The position numbers were made by a program, and so were the translations under genes. A stretch of 64,000 nt of DNA, taken from assembly GCA_965221125.1 (NCBI GenBank), contig CBDCRW010000006.1:800001-864000 (forward strand). Reading direction: 5' to 3'. The stretch comes from Alphaproteobacteria bacterium (GTDB taxonomy: Bacteria; Pseudomonadota; Alphaproteobacteria; UBA828). Under the pieces are notes generated by a model. The model made no database searches. It worked only from the letters and a program-made list of their open reading frames with translations, and had not been told where the DNA came from. The stretch's first letter is position 1. Each line of letters opens with the position of its first letter. This document shows, one piece after another, positions 1 to 12,024 of this stretch.

Positions 1-1885
1 GCTTGGTGAGCTGGCGCCAGTCGAGCACCCGCGCCGGCAGGTCGTGGCCCTGCGCCGCCAGCTCCTCCAGGATGTCGGCGCCGGTGCTGTAGGCGCCCGA
101 CTTGCCCTTGCGCCCGCTCTGCAGGCCCATCTCGTCGAACAGGACCTCGCCCAGCTGCTTGGGCGAGCCGATGGTGAAGGGATGGCCGGCGAGCGCGTGG
201 ATCTCGCTCTCCAGCGCCTCGATCCGGCCCGCAAAATCCGCCGAGAGCGCGACCAGCTCGCCCTGGTCGACGAGGATGCCGGCGGCTTCCATCCGGGCGA
301 GCACGCCGATCAGCGGGCGCTCGATCCGCTCGTACACCGTGGTGAGGCGGTCGGCGACGAGGCGCGGCCGGATGACCCGGTGCAGGCGGAGCGCGAGATC
401 GGCGTGCGCCGCCGCGGTATCCCGCAGCGCCTCGGGCGAGAGCGCGTCGACGGAAACCTTGCTGCGCCCGCTGCCGAGCAGGTCGGCCAGCGCCGGCGCC
501 GCGCGGTCGAGGTGGATGCGCGTGAGGTCGTCTAGCGCGTGGTTGTGCAGGCTGCCGTCGAGCACCCAGGAGCCCAGCATGGGATCGTCCACCGGGGCGA
601 GCTTCGCGCCGCGCTTCGCCAGCAGGCGCACGGTCTGCTTGATGTCGAGGGCGAGCTTGAGCACGCCGGGGTCTCTCAGCACCGGGTCGAGAACCGCCAG
701 CGCGTCGGCAAGGCCGAGTTGCGGGATCGCTTCTTCGGCACCCAACAGGTCGGGGCCGGCGTGGCCGAGGGGGACGTAACAGGCCTCCCCCGGCGCGGTG
801 GCGAGCGCGAGGCCGGCGAGCCCGGCGCCCTCCGATGCCCCGGCCGCCCGGAACGGCTCCAGCGCGAGCACGCCGCTCTCGCGCGCCTTCTCCGCCCAGT
901 CCGCGAGCGCGCCTGTATCCGTCACCAGCGGGTAGGCGGAGGGGAGCGGGGCCGCCTCCTCCGGCTCCGCCTCCTCCTCCGCGAGCCTCGTCTCTCCGTC
1001 GTCGCCATCTAGCCGTGCTGCGATCGAGCGGAAGCCGTTCTCCAGGAAGAAGGCGCGGAGCGCGCCCGGCTCCGGCTGCTTGCGCGCCAGTGCTTCGAGC
1101 GGCAGCGGCAGCGGCGCATCGCGGCGCAGCGTGACGAGTTCGCGCGAGACGCGCGCCATCTCGGCATGCTCGATCAGGTTCTGGCGCCGCTTGGGCTGCT
1201 TGATCTCCTCGGCGCGCGCCAACAGCGCGTCGAGGTCGCCATAGTCGTTGATGAGCTGCGCCGCCGTCTTGACCCCGATGCCGGGCACGCCCGGCACGTT
1301 GTCGGAGCTGTCGCCGGCCAGCGCCTGCACGTCGACCACCCGCTCGGGCCCGACGCCGAAGCGCTCCTGCACCTGGTCCGGTCCGATCTCCCGGTTCTTG
1401 AAGTAGTCGTACATGACCACCGAATCGCCTTCGACGAGCTGCATCAGGTCCTTGTCGGCGGAGACGATGGTGACCCGCGCACCTTGCGCCCGCGCGGCGA
1501 CAGCATAGGCCGCGATCAGGTCGTCGGCCTCGAAGCCTTCCAGCTCGATGGACGCGAGGTTGAAGGCGCCTGCGGCCTCCCGCACCAGCGGGAACTGCGG
1601 GATCAGCTCCTCCGGCGTCTCCCCCCGGTTTGCCTTGTAGGGCTCGTAGATATCGTTGCGGAAGGTCAGCCGTGCGGTGTCGAAGATCACCGCCGCGTGG
1701 TCCGCGTCGGTCTCCCGCAGGATCTTCCAGAGCATGTTGGTGAAGCCGAGCACCGCATTGACCGGCGTGCCGTCCGCGCGCGTCAGGGGGGGAAGCGCGT
1801 GGAAGGCGCGGAAGATGAAGCCCGAGCCGTCGATCAGGTAGAGATGGCGCAGGGCATTCGCGTCGTCGGGGGCGTCGTTGCTCAC
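1..1885 (-). CDS. polA: DNA polymerase I, N-terminal part (runs off window start)
   Basis: Manual translation from GTG at 1885 gives HLYLIDGSGFIFRAFHA...PVNAVLGF, EADDLIA, DKDLMQL, GDSSDNVPGVPGIGVKTA (5'-3' exonuclease), then FTIGSPKQLGEVLF and YSTGADIL (start of polymerase domain). Absent from the ORF track because the stop lies outside the window. Confidence 0.96.
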   Translation of the reverse strand, partial: MSNDAPDDANALRHLYLIDGSGFIFRAFHALPPLTRADGTPVNAVLGFTNMLWKILRETDADHAAVIFDTARLTFRNDIYEPYKANRGETPEELIPQFPLVREAAGAFNLASIELEGFEADDLIAAYAVAARAQGARVTIVSADKDLMQLVEGDSVVMYDYFKNREIGPDQVQERFGVGPERVVDVQALAGDSSDNVPGVPGIGVKTAAQLINDYGDLDALLARAEEIKQPKRRQNLIEHAEMARVSRELVTLRRDAPLPLPLEALARKQPEPGALRAFFLENGFRSIAARLDGDDGETRLAEEEAEPEEAAPLPSAYPLVTDTGALADWAEKARESGVLALEPFRAAGASEGAGLAGLALATAPGEACYVPLGHAGPDLLGAEEAIPQLGLADALAVLDPVLRDPGVLKLALDIKQTVRLLAKRGAKLAPVDDPMLGSWVLDGSLHNHALDDLTRIHLDRAAPALADLLGSGRSKVSVDALSPEALRDTAAAHADLALRLHRVIRPRLVADRLTTVYERIERPLIGVLARMEAAGILVDQGELVALSADFAGRIEALESEIHALAGHPFTIGSPKQLGEVLFDEMGLQSGRKGKSGAYSTGADILEELAAQGHDLPARVLDWRQLTK

Positions 1886-2019
1886 GGTGGGCGTTCCGGC
1901 GTCAGGGTCGCGGGGCTCTTGCCCTCGGCGATGCGCGCCACTATGCCACGCAGGCCGGCCCTCGCACAGCGGGCGCCGCGCGGACGCTGCCATCCGTCGC
2001 CAACCGCGAGCCACCGCCC

Positions 2020-3189
2020 GTGTCTGCCCGCAGCGCTGCCACCGCTTACGCCGCGCCCCGCATCTCCGCCTTCTACGCGGCGTATTTCCTGGTGGCCGGC
2101 GTGGCGCTGCCGTTCTGGCCGCTCTTCCTGCAGGCGCGCGGCCTCTCGGTCACCGAGATCGGGCTGATGCTGGGCCTCACGCTCATGCTGCGGGCTGCCG
2201 TGGGTCCCTTCATCGGCCGCTTCGCCGACCGGCGCGACAGCACGCGCGGCCCGCTCGTCGCCTGCGCGTTCAGCGTGCTGCTGGTCGCTGCCGCCTTCTA
2301 CTGGACCTGGGGCTTCTGGCCGATCTTCGTCGTGAGCACCGTGTTCACGCTGGTCTACGCCGGCGTGCTGCCGTTGGGCGAGACCATCGCGCTCCGCACG
2401 GTCTCGGCGGAATCGGGCTACGGCCGCGTGCGGCTCTGGGGCTCGGTCTCCTACCTGCTGGCGGCGGCGGTAGGCGGCGCGGTGCTGGAAGTCGCCGCGG
2501 TGCCGTCGGCCGAGCTCATCGTCACCATGATCCTCGTCTGCATCGCGCTGATGATCGCAGGCTCCTGCGCCATGCCGGACAAGCGGGGCGGCGACGCGCC
2601 ACCTGCCGCGCCGATCCTGAGCGTGCTGGGCGACCGGCAGTTCCGCCTCATGCTCTACGCCACGACCGCGATTCACGGCGCGCATGCCGTCTTCTACGGC
2701 TTCTCGACGCTGCACTGGCTCGGCGCCGGGATCACGGAGTGGGTGGTCGGCATGCTCTGGGCGGGCGGCGTCATCGCCGAGGTGATCCTGTTCGCCTGCA
2801 ACGCGCCGTTGCTGCGGCGCATCGGCCCGGTAGGGCTGCTCGGCGCAGCGGCGGTTGCCGGCGTGATCCGTTGGGCGGTGCTGGCGCTGACGACGGAGGT
2901 CTGGGCGCTCGCGCTTGCCCAATGCCTGCACGCGCTCACCTTCGGCGCGATGCACCTGGGCGCGATGGTGTTCATCGCCCGCACGGTGCCCGCCGGGTCC
3001 TCCAACACGGCGCAGGCGCTCTTCGCCGCGCTCACCAACGGGCTCGGGCTGGGCGCCGGGCTGCTGATCGCGGGCCTGCTGTATGCCGCCTGGGGCGCGG
3101 GCGCCTACTGGGTGTGCGCGGCGGTCTCCGGCCTGGGCTTCGTCGCGGTGCTGGCGATGATGACAGGGGCTGGAAGAAAGACGGCTTAG
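2020..3189 (+). CDS. MFS transporter (HcaT/MFS_1_like family)
   Basis: About 12 hydrophobic segments; GVALPFWP, YGRVRLWGS, HAVFYGFSTLHW and LHALTFG motifs typical of HcaT-like permeases. Confidence 0.85.
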   Translation: MSARSAATAYAAPRISAFYAAYFLVAGVALPFWPLFLQARGLSVTEIGLMLGLTLMLRAAVGPFIGRFADRRDSTRGPLVACAFSVLLVAAAFYWTWGFWPIFVVSTVFTLVYAGVLPLGETIALRTVSAESGYGRVRLWGSVSYLLAAAVGGAVLEVAAVPSAELIVTMILVCIALMIAGSCAMPDKRGGDAPPAAPILSVLGDRQFRLMLYATTAIHGAHAVFYGFSTLHWLGAGITEWVVGMLWAGGVIAEVILFACNAPLLRRIGPVGLLGAAAVAGVIRWAVLALTTEVWALALAQCLHALTFGAMHLGAMVFIARTVPAGSSNTAQALFAALTNGLGLGAGLLIAGLLYAAWGAGAYWVCAAVSGLGFVAVLAMMTGAGRKTA

Positions 3190-3371
3190 TGGCTGGCGGC
3201 CTTGGCCACCCTTTCCTTGAGCACGAAGCGGCGGTCGCAGTAGGGGCAGTCGACGGCGCCGTTCGTTTCCAGATTGAGGTACACGCGCGGGTGGCCCAGC
3301 GCGCCGCCGCCGCCGTCGCACGCGACGACCGTGTCTTCGACCTCGATGATCTCTGGCGGATCGATGGTCAC
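3186..3371 (-). CDS. zf-CHCC zinc-finger protein (NDUFS6-like)
   Basis: VACDGGGGALGHPRVYL...CPYC motif. Confidence 0.9.
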   Translation of the reverse strand: MTIDPPEIIEVEDTVVACDGGGGALGHPRVYLNLETNGAVDCPYCDRRFVLKERVAKAASH

Positions 3372-3526
3372 CGGGTGTCCCTCGTCGTTGCTGGCGGCAC
3401 CACGCCGGGATTTGACCCCGGCGGCGGGGCGATGATACCCATTGCCCGCCGCCGTTCAACCGGGCGCCGCCACCAGCGGCGGCAGCATCCGCGCCACCGA
3501 TATCCACACCGCCGCGAGGCCGCGCC

Positions 3527-4420
3527 ATGAGCGAGCCGCTCCCCTACGTCCGTGAGCTCGAATTCACCTATGGCGCGGTGGCGCAGGTCTCGCCGCTGAT
3601 CCGCCGGGTCATCGCGCACAACCCGAGCGTCTTCACCTTCCACGGCACCGGCACCTACATCGTGGGCCGCGGCAAGGTGGCGATCATCGACGCCGGGCCG
3701 GACCTGGCCCAGCACGTCGACGCCGTGCTCGCGGCCGTGCACGGCGAGACAGTGACCCACCTCGTCGTGACCCACACTCACATCGACCACTCGCCGGCGA
3801 CGCGCCACATCAAGGCCGCGACCGGCGCGGCAAGCTACGGCTTCGGCCCGCACGGCGGCGGGGAGGGACCGGCCGTCGAGGAAGGCGCGGACCGCGACTT
3901 CGTGCCGGACCACCGGCTCGAGGACGGCGCGGTCGTCGAAGGCGCCGGCTGGACGCTGGAGGCCGTGCACACCCCCGGCCACACGTCGAACCACCTCTGC
4001 TTCACGCTGGCGGAGGAGAACGCGCTCTTCTCCGGCGATCACGTGATGGGGTGGTCGACCACCGTGGTCTCGCCCCCCGACGGCGACATGGGCGCCTACA
4101 TGGCCTCGCTGGACAAGCTCAAGGCGCGCGAGGAGACGACCTACTGGCCCACGCACGGGCCGCCGATCCCGAAGCCGCAGCGCTACGTCGGCAAGCTGCT
4201 CGCGCACCGGCGCCAGCGGGAAGCGGAGATCCTCTCGGCCGTCGCCGAGGGCGCTTCGACCATCCCGGAGGTCGTGGCGCTCCGCTACCGGGGGCTCGAC
4301 CCGCGGCTGCGCCCCGCCGCGGCGCGGACCGTGCTCGCCCACCTGATCCACCTGGTGGAAAGCGGCCGCGTCGCCTGCCCCGGCACGCCGGACGAGGACG
4401 CGCACTACCGCGCGACTTGA
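3527..4420 (+). CDS. MBL-fold metallo-hydrolase (LACTB2-like)
   Basis: THTHIDH, HTPGHTSNH, FSGDHVMG and PTHG motifs; winged-helix-like C-terminus. Confidence 0.9.
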   Translation: MSEPLPYVRELEFTYGAVAQVSPLIRRVIAHNPSVFTFHGTGTYIVGRGKVAIIDAGPDLAQHVDAVLAAVHGETVTHLVVTHTHIDHSPATRHIKAATGAASYGFGPHGGGEGPAVEEGADRDFVPDHRLEDGAVVEGAGWTLEAVHTPGHTSNHLCFTLAEENALFSGDHVMGWSTTVVSPPDGDMGAYMASLDKLKAREETTYWPTHGPPIPKPQRYVGKLLAHRRQREAEILSAVAEGASTIPEVVALRYRGLDPRLRPAAARTVLAHLIHLVESGRVACPGTPDEDAHYRAT

Positions 4421-4464
4421 GCCCTTGCCGCCCGGCCCCTGTGGCGTGGGCAGCCGCTCCCGCC

Positions 4465-5253
4465 CTACCCCCGCTTCTTGGGCGGCGAGTCGCGGAACTC
4501 CTTGACCTGGGTCGCGGCCGCGCGCTGGAGCAGGCGCGCATCGCCGCCGGCGATGACCATATGGTAGCCGCGCTCGAAGGTCCAGTTGACGGACTTGCCG
4601 GGGCGGGTGACCGTGCCGAGCAGCTTGCCCGTCGCCCGCAACTTGCGCTCGGCCTTCTGGATGAGCCGGATCACCTTGGGCTCCTGCATGTCGAGCATGT
4701 GGTCGATGCTCGCCGACACGTCGCTCGGCCCGAGGAACAGCATGTCGACGCCGTCGACCGCCGCGATCTCCTCGATGTTGTCGATGGCCTCCTCGGTCTC
4801 GATCTGGCAGGCGACCAGCAGCTCATGCGGCATCGCGTCGAGGTAGGCCTTGAGTCGCGTGCCCCAGCCGGAGCAGCGGCCGGCGTGGGGCGCCACGCCA
4901 CGCACGCCCGTGGTGGGAAAGCGGCAGGCGGCGACCGCGGCTTCGGCCTCGGCGGCGTTCTGCACGTAGGGAATGATGATGCCCATCACGCCGATGTCGA
5001 GCGCGCGCTTGATGTAGACCATGTCGTTCCACGGCACGCGCATCATCGGCGTCGCCCCGGAGGCGCTCGCGGCCTGCATGAGGGTTACGGCGTTCAGGAG
5101 GTCGCCGGGGCCGTGCTCGTGATCCATGATGACCGCGTCGTAGCCGGCGTCGGCGACGATCTCGGCGGCGATGGGGCTGCCCATGGAGAGCCAGGCCCCG
5201 AGCGCGGGCTCGCCCGCGAGCATCTTTCTCTTGCAGCGGTTCTCGACGGTCAT
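4465..5253 (-). CDS. HpcH/HpaI aldolase family protein
   Basis: DHEHG, KRALDIG, QIET and LFLGPSD motifs; start moved to ATG at 5253, which follows GGAGG. Confidence 0.9.
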   Translation of the reverse strand: MTVENRCKRKMLAGEPALGAWLSMGSPIAAEIVADAGYDAVIMDHEHGPGDLLNAVTLMQAASASGATPMMRVPWNDMVYIKRALDIGVMGIIIPYVQNAAEAEAAVAACRFPTTGVRGVAPHAGRCSGWGTRLKAYLDAMPHELLVACQIETEEAIDNIEEIAAVDGVDMLFLGPSDVSASIDHMLDMQEPKVIRLIQKAERKLRATGKLLGTVTRPGKSVNWTFERGYHMVIAGGDARLLQRAAATQVKEFRDSPPKKRG

Positions 5254-5419
5254 GCGCGGCGCCTCCGGATGATGAGTGGGTGAGAGGGGACGGCCATCGG
5301 TCCAGGACGGGCGGACCATGGGCGCGGCCGGTTCTACCACGCAGGGCGCGGGCGGGCGAGGGAGGCGGCGTGCTGCAGCGGGCGCGCAGGTCGCGCCGGC
5401 CGCAGCTCTGCGTCAGCGT

Positions 5420-7867
5420 TCAGGAAACAGGCGGCGGGACGGGCGCCTCGTGGCCGCCCAGCGGAGGCAGGACGCTCACGTCCGCGTCGTCGTCTGTGCC
5501 GAGCCCGTGGAGCGCCGCTTCGTCCGCGTCGGTCCACTCGATGGGCACGAGCGGGGCGACGAGCGCGTGCTTCAGGATGTCGTCCATCGACTCGACCGCG
5601 ATGATGGTGAGGTCCTTCTTCACGTTGTCCGGGATGTCGTCGAGGTCCTTCTCGTTCTCCTTCGGGATCAGGACCGTGGTGAGGCCCCCGCGCAGCGCCG
5701 CCAGCATCTTCTCCTTGAGGCCGCCGATCGGCAGCACGCGCCCGCGCAGCGTGATCTCGCCGGTCATGGCGATCGACTTGCGGACCGCGATTCCCGTCAG
5801 TACCGAGACGATGGAGGTCACCATGGCGACGCCGGCGGACGGGCCGTCCTTGGGTGTCGCCCCCTCCGGCACGTGGACGTGGATGTCGCGCTTGCTCAGG
5901 ATCGTCGGCCTGATGCCGAACTCGACCGCGCGCGACTTCACGTAGCTCTCGGCCGCCTGCACCGATTCCTTCATCACGTCGCCGAGCTTGCCGGTGGAGA
6001 TCACGCGGCCCTTGCCCGGCAGCGTCACCGACTCGATGGAGAGCAGCTCGCCGCCGAACTCGGTCCAGGCGAGGCCCGTGGTGACGCCCACCATGTCCTC
6101 GTGCTCGGCCTCGCCGTAGCGGAACTTGCGGATGCCGGCGAACTTCTTGAGGTTGCGCCGGGTGATGCGAACCTTCTCGCGGCCTTCCGCCACGATCTCC
6201 CGCGTCGCCTTGCGCGCGAGGTTGGCGAGCTCGCGCTCCAGATTGCGGACGCCGGCCTCGCGCGTGTAGTAGCGGATGAGATCGACCAGCGCCTCGTTCG
6301 AGATCGACCACTCGCCCTTCTTGAGCGCGTGCGCCTTGGCCTGCTTCGGAATCAGGTGGCGCTTGGCGATCTGAATCTTCTCGTCCTCGGTGTAGCCGGG
6401 GATGCGGATGGTCTCCATCCGGTCGAGCAGCGCCGGCGCCATGCGGAGCGTATTCGCCGTGGTGATGAACATCACGTCCGAGAGGTCGTAGTCGACCTCC
6501 AGGTAGTGGTCGTTGAACGTGTTGTTCTGCTCCGGGTCCAGCACCTCCAGCAGGGCGGAGGCGGGATCGCCCCGGAAGTCGGCGCCCATCTTGTCGACCT
6601 CGTCGAGGAGGAAGAGCGGGTTGGACGACTTCGCCTTCTTCATCGACTGGATGATCTTGCCGGGCAGCGAGCCGATGTAGGTGCGGCGGTGGCCCCGGAT
6701 CTCGGCCTCGTCGCGGACGCCGCCCAGGGAGAAGCGCACGAAGTTGCGCCCCGTTGCCCGCGCCACCGACTTGCCGAGGGAGGTCTTGCCCACGCCGGGC
6801 GGGCCCACCAGGCAGAGGATCGGCCCCTTCATCTTGCGCGAGCGCTGCTGCACCGCGAGGTACTCGAGGATCCGCTCCTTGACCTTCTGCAGCCCGTAGT
6901 GGTCGTCGTTCAGGATCTTCTCGGCGTTCCTGATGTCCTTCTTGATGCGGGTGCGCTTCTTCCACGGGATCGACAGCATCCAGTCGAGGTAGTTGCGGAC
7001 CACCGTGGCCTCGGCCGACATCGGGCTCATGGAGCGCAGCTTCTTCACTTCCGCCAGCGACTTCTCGCGCGCCTCCTTGGAGAGCTTGGTGGCCTTGATG
7101 CGCGCCTCGAACTCCGCCGCCTCGTCGCGCCCGTCCTCGCCTTCGCCCAGCTCCTTCTGGATCGCCTTCATCTGCTCGTTCAGGTAGTACTCGCGCTGCG
7201 TCTTCTCCATCTGGCGCTTGACGCGCGAGCGGATGCGCTTTTCCACCTGAAGCACCCCGATCTCGCCCTCCATCAGCGAGATCACGCGTTCCAGCCGGCC
7301 GCTGACCGAGCCGATCTCCAGCAGCTCCTGCTTCTCCTCCAGCTTGATGGAGAGGTGCGAGGCGATGGTGTCCGCGAGCTTGCTCGGCTCCTCGATCTGG
7401 TTCACCGAGACCAGGACCTCGGGCGGCACCTTCTTGTTGAGCTTCACGTACTGCTCGAACTGGCCCGCCACCGAGCGGCCGAGCGCCTCCAGCTCGCCGG
7501 GGTCGCCCTCTTCCTCCTCCATCTTCTCGGCCCGCGCCTCGAAGAACGCCGGGTTTTCGCGGAACTCGACGATCCGCGCGCGGGCGCCGCCTTCCACCAG
7601 CACCTTGACGGTGCCGTCCGGCAGCTTGAGGAGCTGAAGCACCGAGCCGACCACGCCGACGGAATGGATGTCCTTGGGCGCAGGCTCGTCCTGCGAGGCG
7701 TTCTTCTGCGCCACGAGGAGGATCTGCTTGTCGTCCTTCATGACGGTCTCGAGCGCCGCCACCGATTTCTCGCGGCCGACGAACAGCGGCACGATCATGT
7801 GCGGAAAGACGACGATGTCCCTGAGCGGCAGGACCGGGTAGCTCGGTATCGACGAGACGTCCAACAT
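5420..7867 (-). CDS. lon: ATP-dependent Lon protease
   Basis: [12 protein letters not shown], Walker [10 protein letters not shown], catalytic PKDGPSAG and GGLKEK. Confidence 0.98.
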   Translation of the reverse strand: MLDVSSIPSYPVLPLRDIVVFPHMIVPLFVGREKSVAALETVMKDDKQILLVAQKNASQDEPAPKDIHSVGVVGSVLQLLKLPDGTVKVLVEGGARARIVEFRENPAFFEARAEKMEEEEGDPGELEALGRSVAGQFEQYVKLNKKVPPEVLVSVNQIEEPSKLADTIASHLSIKLEEKQELLEIGSVSGRLERVISLMEGEIGVLQVEKRIRSRVKRQMEKTQREYYLNEQMKAIQKELGEGEDGRDEAAEFEARIKATKLSKEAREKSLAEVKKLRSMSPMSAEATVVRNYLDWMLSIPWKKRTRIKKDIRNAEKILNDDHYGLQKVKERILEYLAVQQRSRKMKGPILCLVGPPGVGKTSLGKSVARATGRNFVRFSLGGVRDEAEIRGHRRTYIGSLPGKIIQSMKKAKSSNPLFLLDEVDKMGADFRGDPASALLEVLDPEQNNTFNDHYLEVDYDLSDVMFITTANTLRMAPALLDRMETIRIPGYTEDEKIQIAKRHLIPKQAKAHALKKGEWSISNEALVDLIRYYTREAGVRNLERELANLARKATREIVAEGREKVRITRRNLKKFAGIRKFRYGEAEHEDMVGVTTGLAWTEFGGELLSIESVTLPGKGRVISTGKLGDVMKESVQAAESYVKSRAVEFGIRPTILSKRDIHVHVPEGATPKDGPSAGVAMVTSIVSVLTGIAVRKSIAMTGEITLRGRVLPIGGLKEKMLAALRGGLTTVLIPKENEKDLDDIPDNVKKDLTIIAVESMDDILKHALVAPLVPIEWTDADEAALHGLGTDDDADVSVLPPLGGHEAPVPPPVS

Positions 7868-7969
7868 TCTCCCTCGCGCGCCTTGGGATTGCGCTTCAGA
7901 GCGGTGACTCGCGCCACCGCCCCACCTCAGGCAAGGTAAGTACGATGGCGCTGTCGTTCAAGCGTCCGC

Positions 7970-9238
<1,269 letters not shown>

Positions 9239-9463
9239 GTCCGCTCCGTGCCGTCGCCCGTCGGGGCCTGCCTCAAAGAGCCGCCCTCAGGCTTCAGGGG
9301 CTCTTCTCCAGACAACCCTAACAGCGTGAGGTTGGCAAACAGCCCGGCCCGTGTCTAGGCCGAACATACGCTGTTTTCCAGCCCCAATATGTAGTGTTTC
9401 CTGGCCTGAATTCTCCAGCCGGACGTACCACGCGGAGGCCGCTTGTAGCGCCTGCCGCACTCT

Positions 9464-10123
9464 CTAGCCGCCCTTTTTCGCGCCGCCCTTGCCCTCCGAG
9501 TCGTCCGGAGTCTCCGGCCGGCGCGCCACCACGTCGTCCACGATGCCGAAGTCCTTGGCCTCGTCCGGCGTCATGAACTTGTCGCGCTCCAGGTTCTCCT
9601 CGATGACCGCGATGTCCTGGCCGGTATGGCTCACGTAGATGTCGTTGAGGCGCTGGCGCAGCAGCAGGATCTCCTTGGCGTGGATCTCGATGTCGCTGGC
9701 CTGGCCCTGAAAGCCGCCGGAGGGCTGGTGCAGCATGATGCGGGCGTTGGGCAGGGCGAAGCGCTGCCCCTCGGCGCCGGCCGCCAGCAGGAGCGAGCCC
9801 ATGGAGGCCGCCTGGCCGATGCAGAGCGTCGCCACCGCCGGGCGCACGTACTGCATCGTGTCGTAGATCGCGAGCCCCGACGTCACTAGGCCGCCGGGGC
9901 TGTTGATGTAGACCGAGATGTCCTTGGTCGGGTTCTCCGATTCCAGGAAGAGCAGCTGCGCCGTCACCAGGCTCGCGACCTCGTCGCCGATGCCGCCGGT
10001 GAGAAAGATGATCCGCTCCTTCAGCAGGCGCGAATAGATGTCGTAGGCGCGCTCGCCCCGGTTGGTCTGCTCCACGACCATGGGCACCAGGGTGTTGGCG
10101 TAGGTCTCGACGATGTCCGCCAT
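9464..10123 (-). CDS. clpP: Clp protease proteolytic subunit
   Basis: [42 protein letters not shown]; start at ATG 10123. Confidence 0.98.
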   Translation of the reverse strand: MADIVETYANTLVPMVVEQTNRGERAYDIYSRLLKERIIFLTGGIGDEVASLVTAQLLFLESENPTKDISVYINSPGGLVTSGLAIYDTMQYVRPAVATLCIGQAASMGSLLLAAGAEGQRFALPNARIMLHQPSGGFQGQASDIEIHAKEILLLRQRLNDIYVSHTGQDIAVIEENLERDKFMTPDEAKDFGIVDDVVARRPETPDDSEGKGGAKKGG

Positions 10124-10148
10124 GATGCTCTTCCTTCCGCCGAGGGGC

Positions 10149-11606
10149 TCAGTCCGACTTCTCGGGTGCGGCGCTCCCGTCCGCGGCGCCCGCGTCCGGC
10201 CCTGCATTCTCTTCCTCGCCTGCCTCGGCAGCCTCGGACTCCTCGGGCTCTTCGTCCTCGTCCGGGTCGCGCAGCAGGGTGTCGACGTCGACGACCTCGT
10301 CCGAGACCGTGGCGAGCTCGCTCAGAAAGGCGATCACCTTGTCCTCGAACACCGTGGGGCGGAAGCGCTCGAGCGCCTCCGGCTGGCCCCGGTAATACTC
10401 GAGCAGCCGCTGGGGCTCGGGATGCCCGCGCGCGCTCATCATGGCGGCGCGGAGCAGGTCCTCCTGCTCCACCGTGATCTCGTTGGACCCGCCGATTTCC
10501 GCGATCAGCAGGCCGAGGCGCACGCGGCGCTCGGCGATCTGGCGAAACTCCTCGCGCGCCTCCTCCTCCGGCTGGTCGAGCATCGCGGCGATATCCGACT
10601 CGGTCCTCTTGGCGTCGTTCTCGATCTGCTCCCAGACGGCCTCGAACTCCCGCTCGACCATGCCGGGCGGCACCTCGAAGCGGTAGCGCTCGTCGAGGAC
10701 ATCGAGCAGGGAACGCTTGAGCCGGGCCATCGAGGCCTGGTCGTACTGCTCCTGAATCTGATCCCGGATCACGCCGCGCAGCGCGTCGAGGTCGTCGGCG
10801 CCGCGCCGTTCGGCAAAGGCGTCGTCGACCGTCACGGGCTGCCGCTCCCGCACCTCCTTGACCGTGATCTTGAAGACCGTGACGGGCTCCGCCGCGCCGG
10901 CCTCGGCCGCTCCGGCTTCGGCCGCGTCGTCGCCTTCCTCCGACTCAGGCGGCGTGAGCGTCACCTCGCGCTCGTCGCCCGCCGCGGCGCCCACGAGCTG
11001 CTCCGTCATCTCCGGCAGGAGCGCTTCGGTGTCGAGCTCCAGCGGCAGGTCCTCGCCGCTGCGCTCCGGCGCGGGCGTGCCGTCGACCTCCACGGCGATG
11101 TCGACCATGAGCTGGTCGCCTTCCGCAGCGGGCCGTGGCGGGTCCACCGGCTCGAAGACCTTGTCGGCCTCGGCGAGGCGCGTGAGCGCGTCTTCGACGG
11201 AGTCGTCGCTCACCTCCGCCTTGAGCCGGGTGACCTCGAGCTCGGAGAAATCGCCGAGCTCGATGCTCGGCAGCACCTCCATCCCCATGGTGAACTCGAG
11301 GTCCTTGCCCTCGTCGAAGGCGGTGATCTCGATCTCCGGCTGCATGGCGGGGCGCAGCGCGCGCTCCTCGATGATCGCGCGCGAGCGGGTCTCGATCGTC
11401 TGCTGCAGCACCTCGCCCGTCACGCGCGGCTGGTAGTGCCGGCGCACGATCGAGAGCGGCACCTTGCCGCGCCGAAACCCTTTCATGGTGACCGTCTTGC
11501 GCAGCTCGTCGAGCCGCCCCTCGATATCGGCTTCGAGGTCGGCCGCCGGCACCGTCACCTTGAGCTCGCGCTTCAGTCCCTCGGAGAGGGTCTCCGTCAC
11601 CTGCAT
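10149..11606 (-). CDS. tig: Trigger factor
   Basis: [14 protein letters not shown] start, ribosome-binding [18 protein letters not shown]; canonical position before clpP. Confidence 0.95.
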   Translation of the reverse strand: MQVTETLSEGLKRELKVTVPAADLEADIEGRLDELRKTVTMKGFRRGKVPLSIVRRHYQPRVTGEVLQQTIETRSRAIIEERALRPAMQPEIEITAFDEGKDLEFTMGMEVLPSIELGDFSELEVTRLKAEVSDDSVEDALTRLAEADKVFEPVDPPRPAAEGDQLMVDIAVEVDGTPAPERSGEDLPLELDTEALLPEMTEQLVGAAAGDEREVTLTPPESEEGDDAAEAGAAEAGAAEPVTVFKITVKEVRERQPVTVDDAFAERRGADDLDALRGVIRDQIQEQYDQASMARLKRSLLDVLDERYRFEVPPGMVEREFEAVWEQIENDAKRTESDIAAMLDQPEEEAREEFRQIAERRVRLGLLIAEIGGSNEITVEQEDLLRAAMMSARGHPEPQRLLEYYRGQPEALERFRPTVFEDKVIAFLSELATVSDEVVDVDTLLRDPDEDEEPEESEAAEAGEEENAGPDAGAADGSAAPEKSD

Positions 11607-11671
11607 GGTCTAACGCTCATGTCGTACTCCGCGTGTCCGGCGAACGCCGGTCGGGATGGGCAGGTCGGCGA

Positions 11672-11756
11672 TGGTGCGGGCGAAGGGACTCGAACCCCCA
11701 CGGCCTTAGCCACGTGGTCCTAAACCACGCGCGTCTACCAATTCCGCCACGCCCGC
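11672..11756 (-). tRNA. tRNA-Leu (anticodon TAG)
   Basis: GCGGGCGTGGCGGAATTGGTAGACGC...TTTAGGA...GGTTCGAGTCC...CGCACCA; 85 nt with long variable arm and encoded CCA; usual position upstream of tig. Confidence 0.97.
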
Positions 11757-11910
11757 GCGCCTGTCGCGCCCCCTTCGCTGGTGAACCGCCCCGGAGCGGA
11801 GCAGCGTGGAGCGCCCTATAGCATAGAAGGGCGGTGGCAAGTCAAAAAGGGGCCGCATGCCGGCGTTTCTGCCTTGAATGCCGGCGGGCGGGCTGTTGAT
11901 ATCCCGATGC

Positions 11911-12000
11911 GGATGGGTGGCCGAGCGGTCGAAGGCACCGGTCTTGAAAACCGGCAGGGGTGCAAGCCCCTCGTGGGTTCGAATCCCACCCCATCCGCCA
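11911..12000 (+). tRNA. tRNA-Ser (anticodon TGA)
   Basis: GGATGGGTGGCCGAGCGGTCGAAGGC-ACCGGT CTTGAAA ACCGG...GGTTCGAATCCC-ACCCCATCCGCCA; 90 nt with encoded CCA. Confidence 0.97.
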
Positions 12001-12011
12001 TATGCTTATCG

Positions 12012-12024
12012 CAAATTATTGATT
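12012..12024 (-). promoter_or_regulatory. Putative IHF binding site inside an AT-rich inverted repeat right after tRNA-Ser
   Basis: Minus strand AATCAATAATTTG matches WATCAANNNNTTR exactly; it lies within the inverted repeat ATCGCAAAT...ATTTGCGAT. Confidence 0.5.

Noticed and set aside
5276-7939. 887-aa plus-strand ORF and many similar long ORFs (e.g. 22250-24454, 45716-48550, 55805-57805)
   Set aside because: Antisense or off-frame shadows of well-supported genes; stop codons are scarce in high-GC DNA and the products are Arg/Ala/Gly-rich with no motifs.
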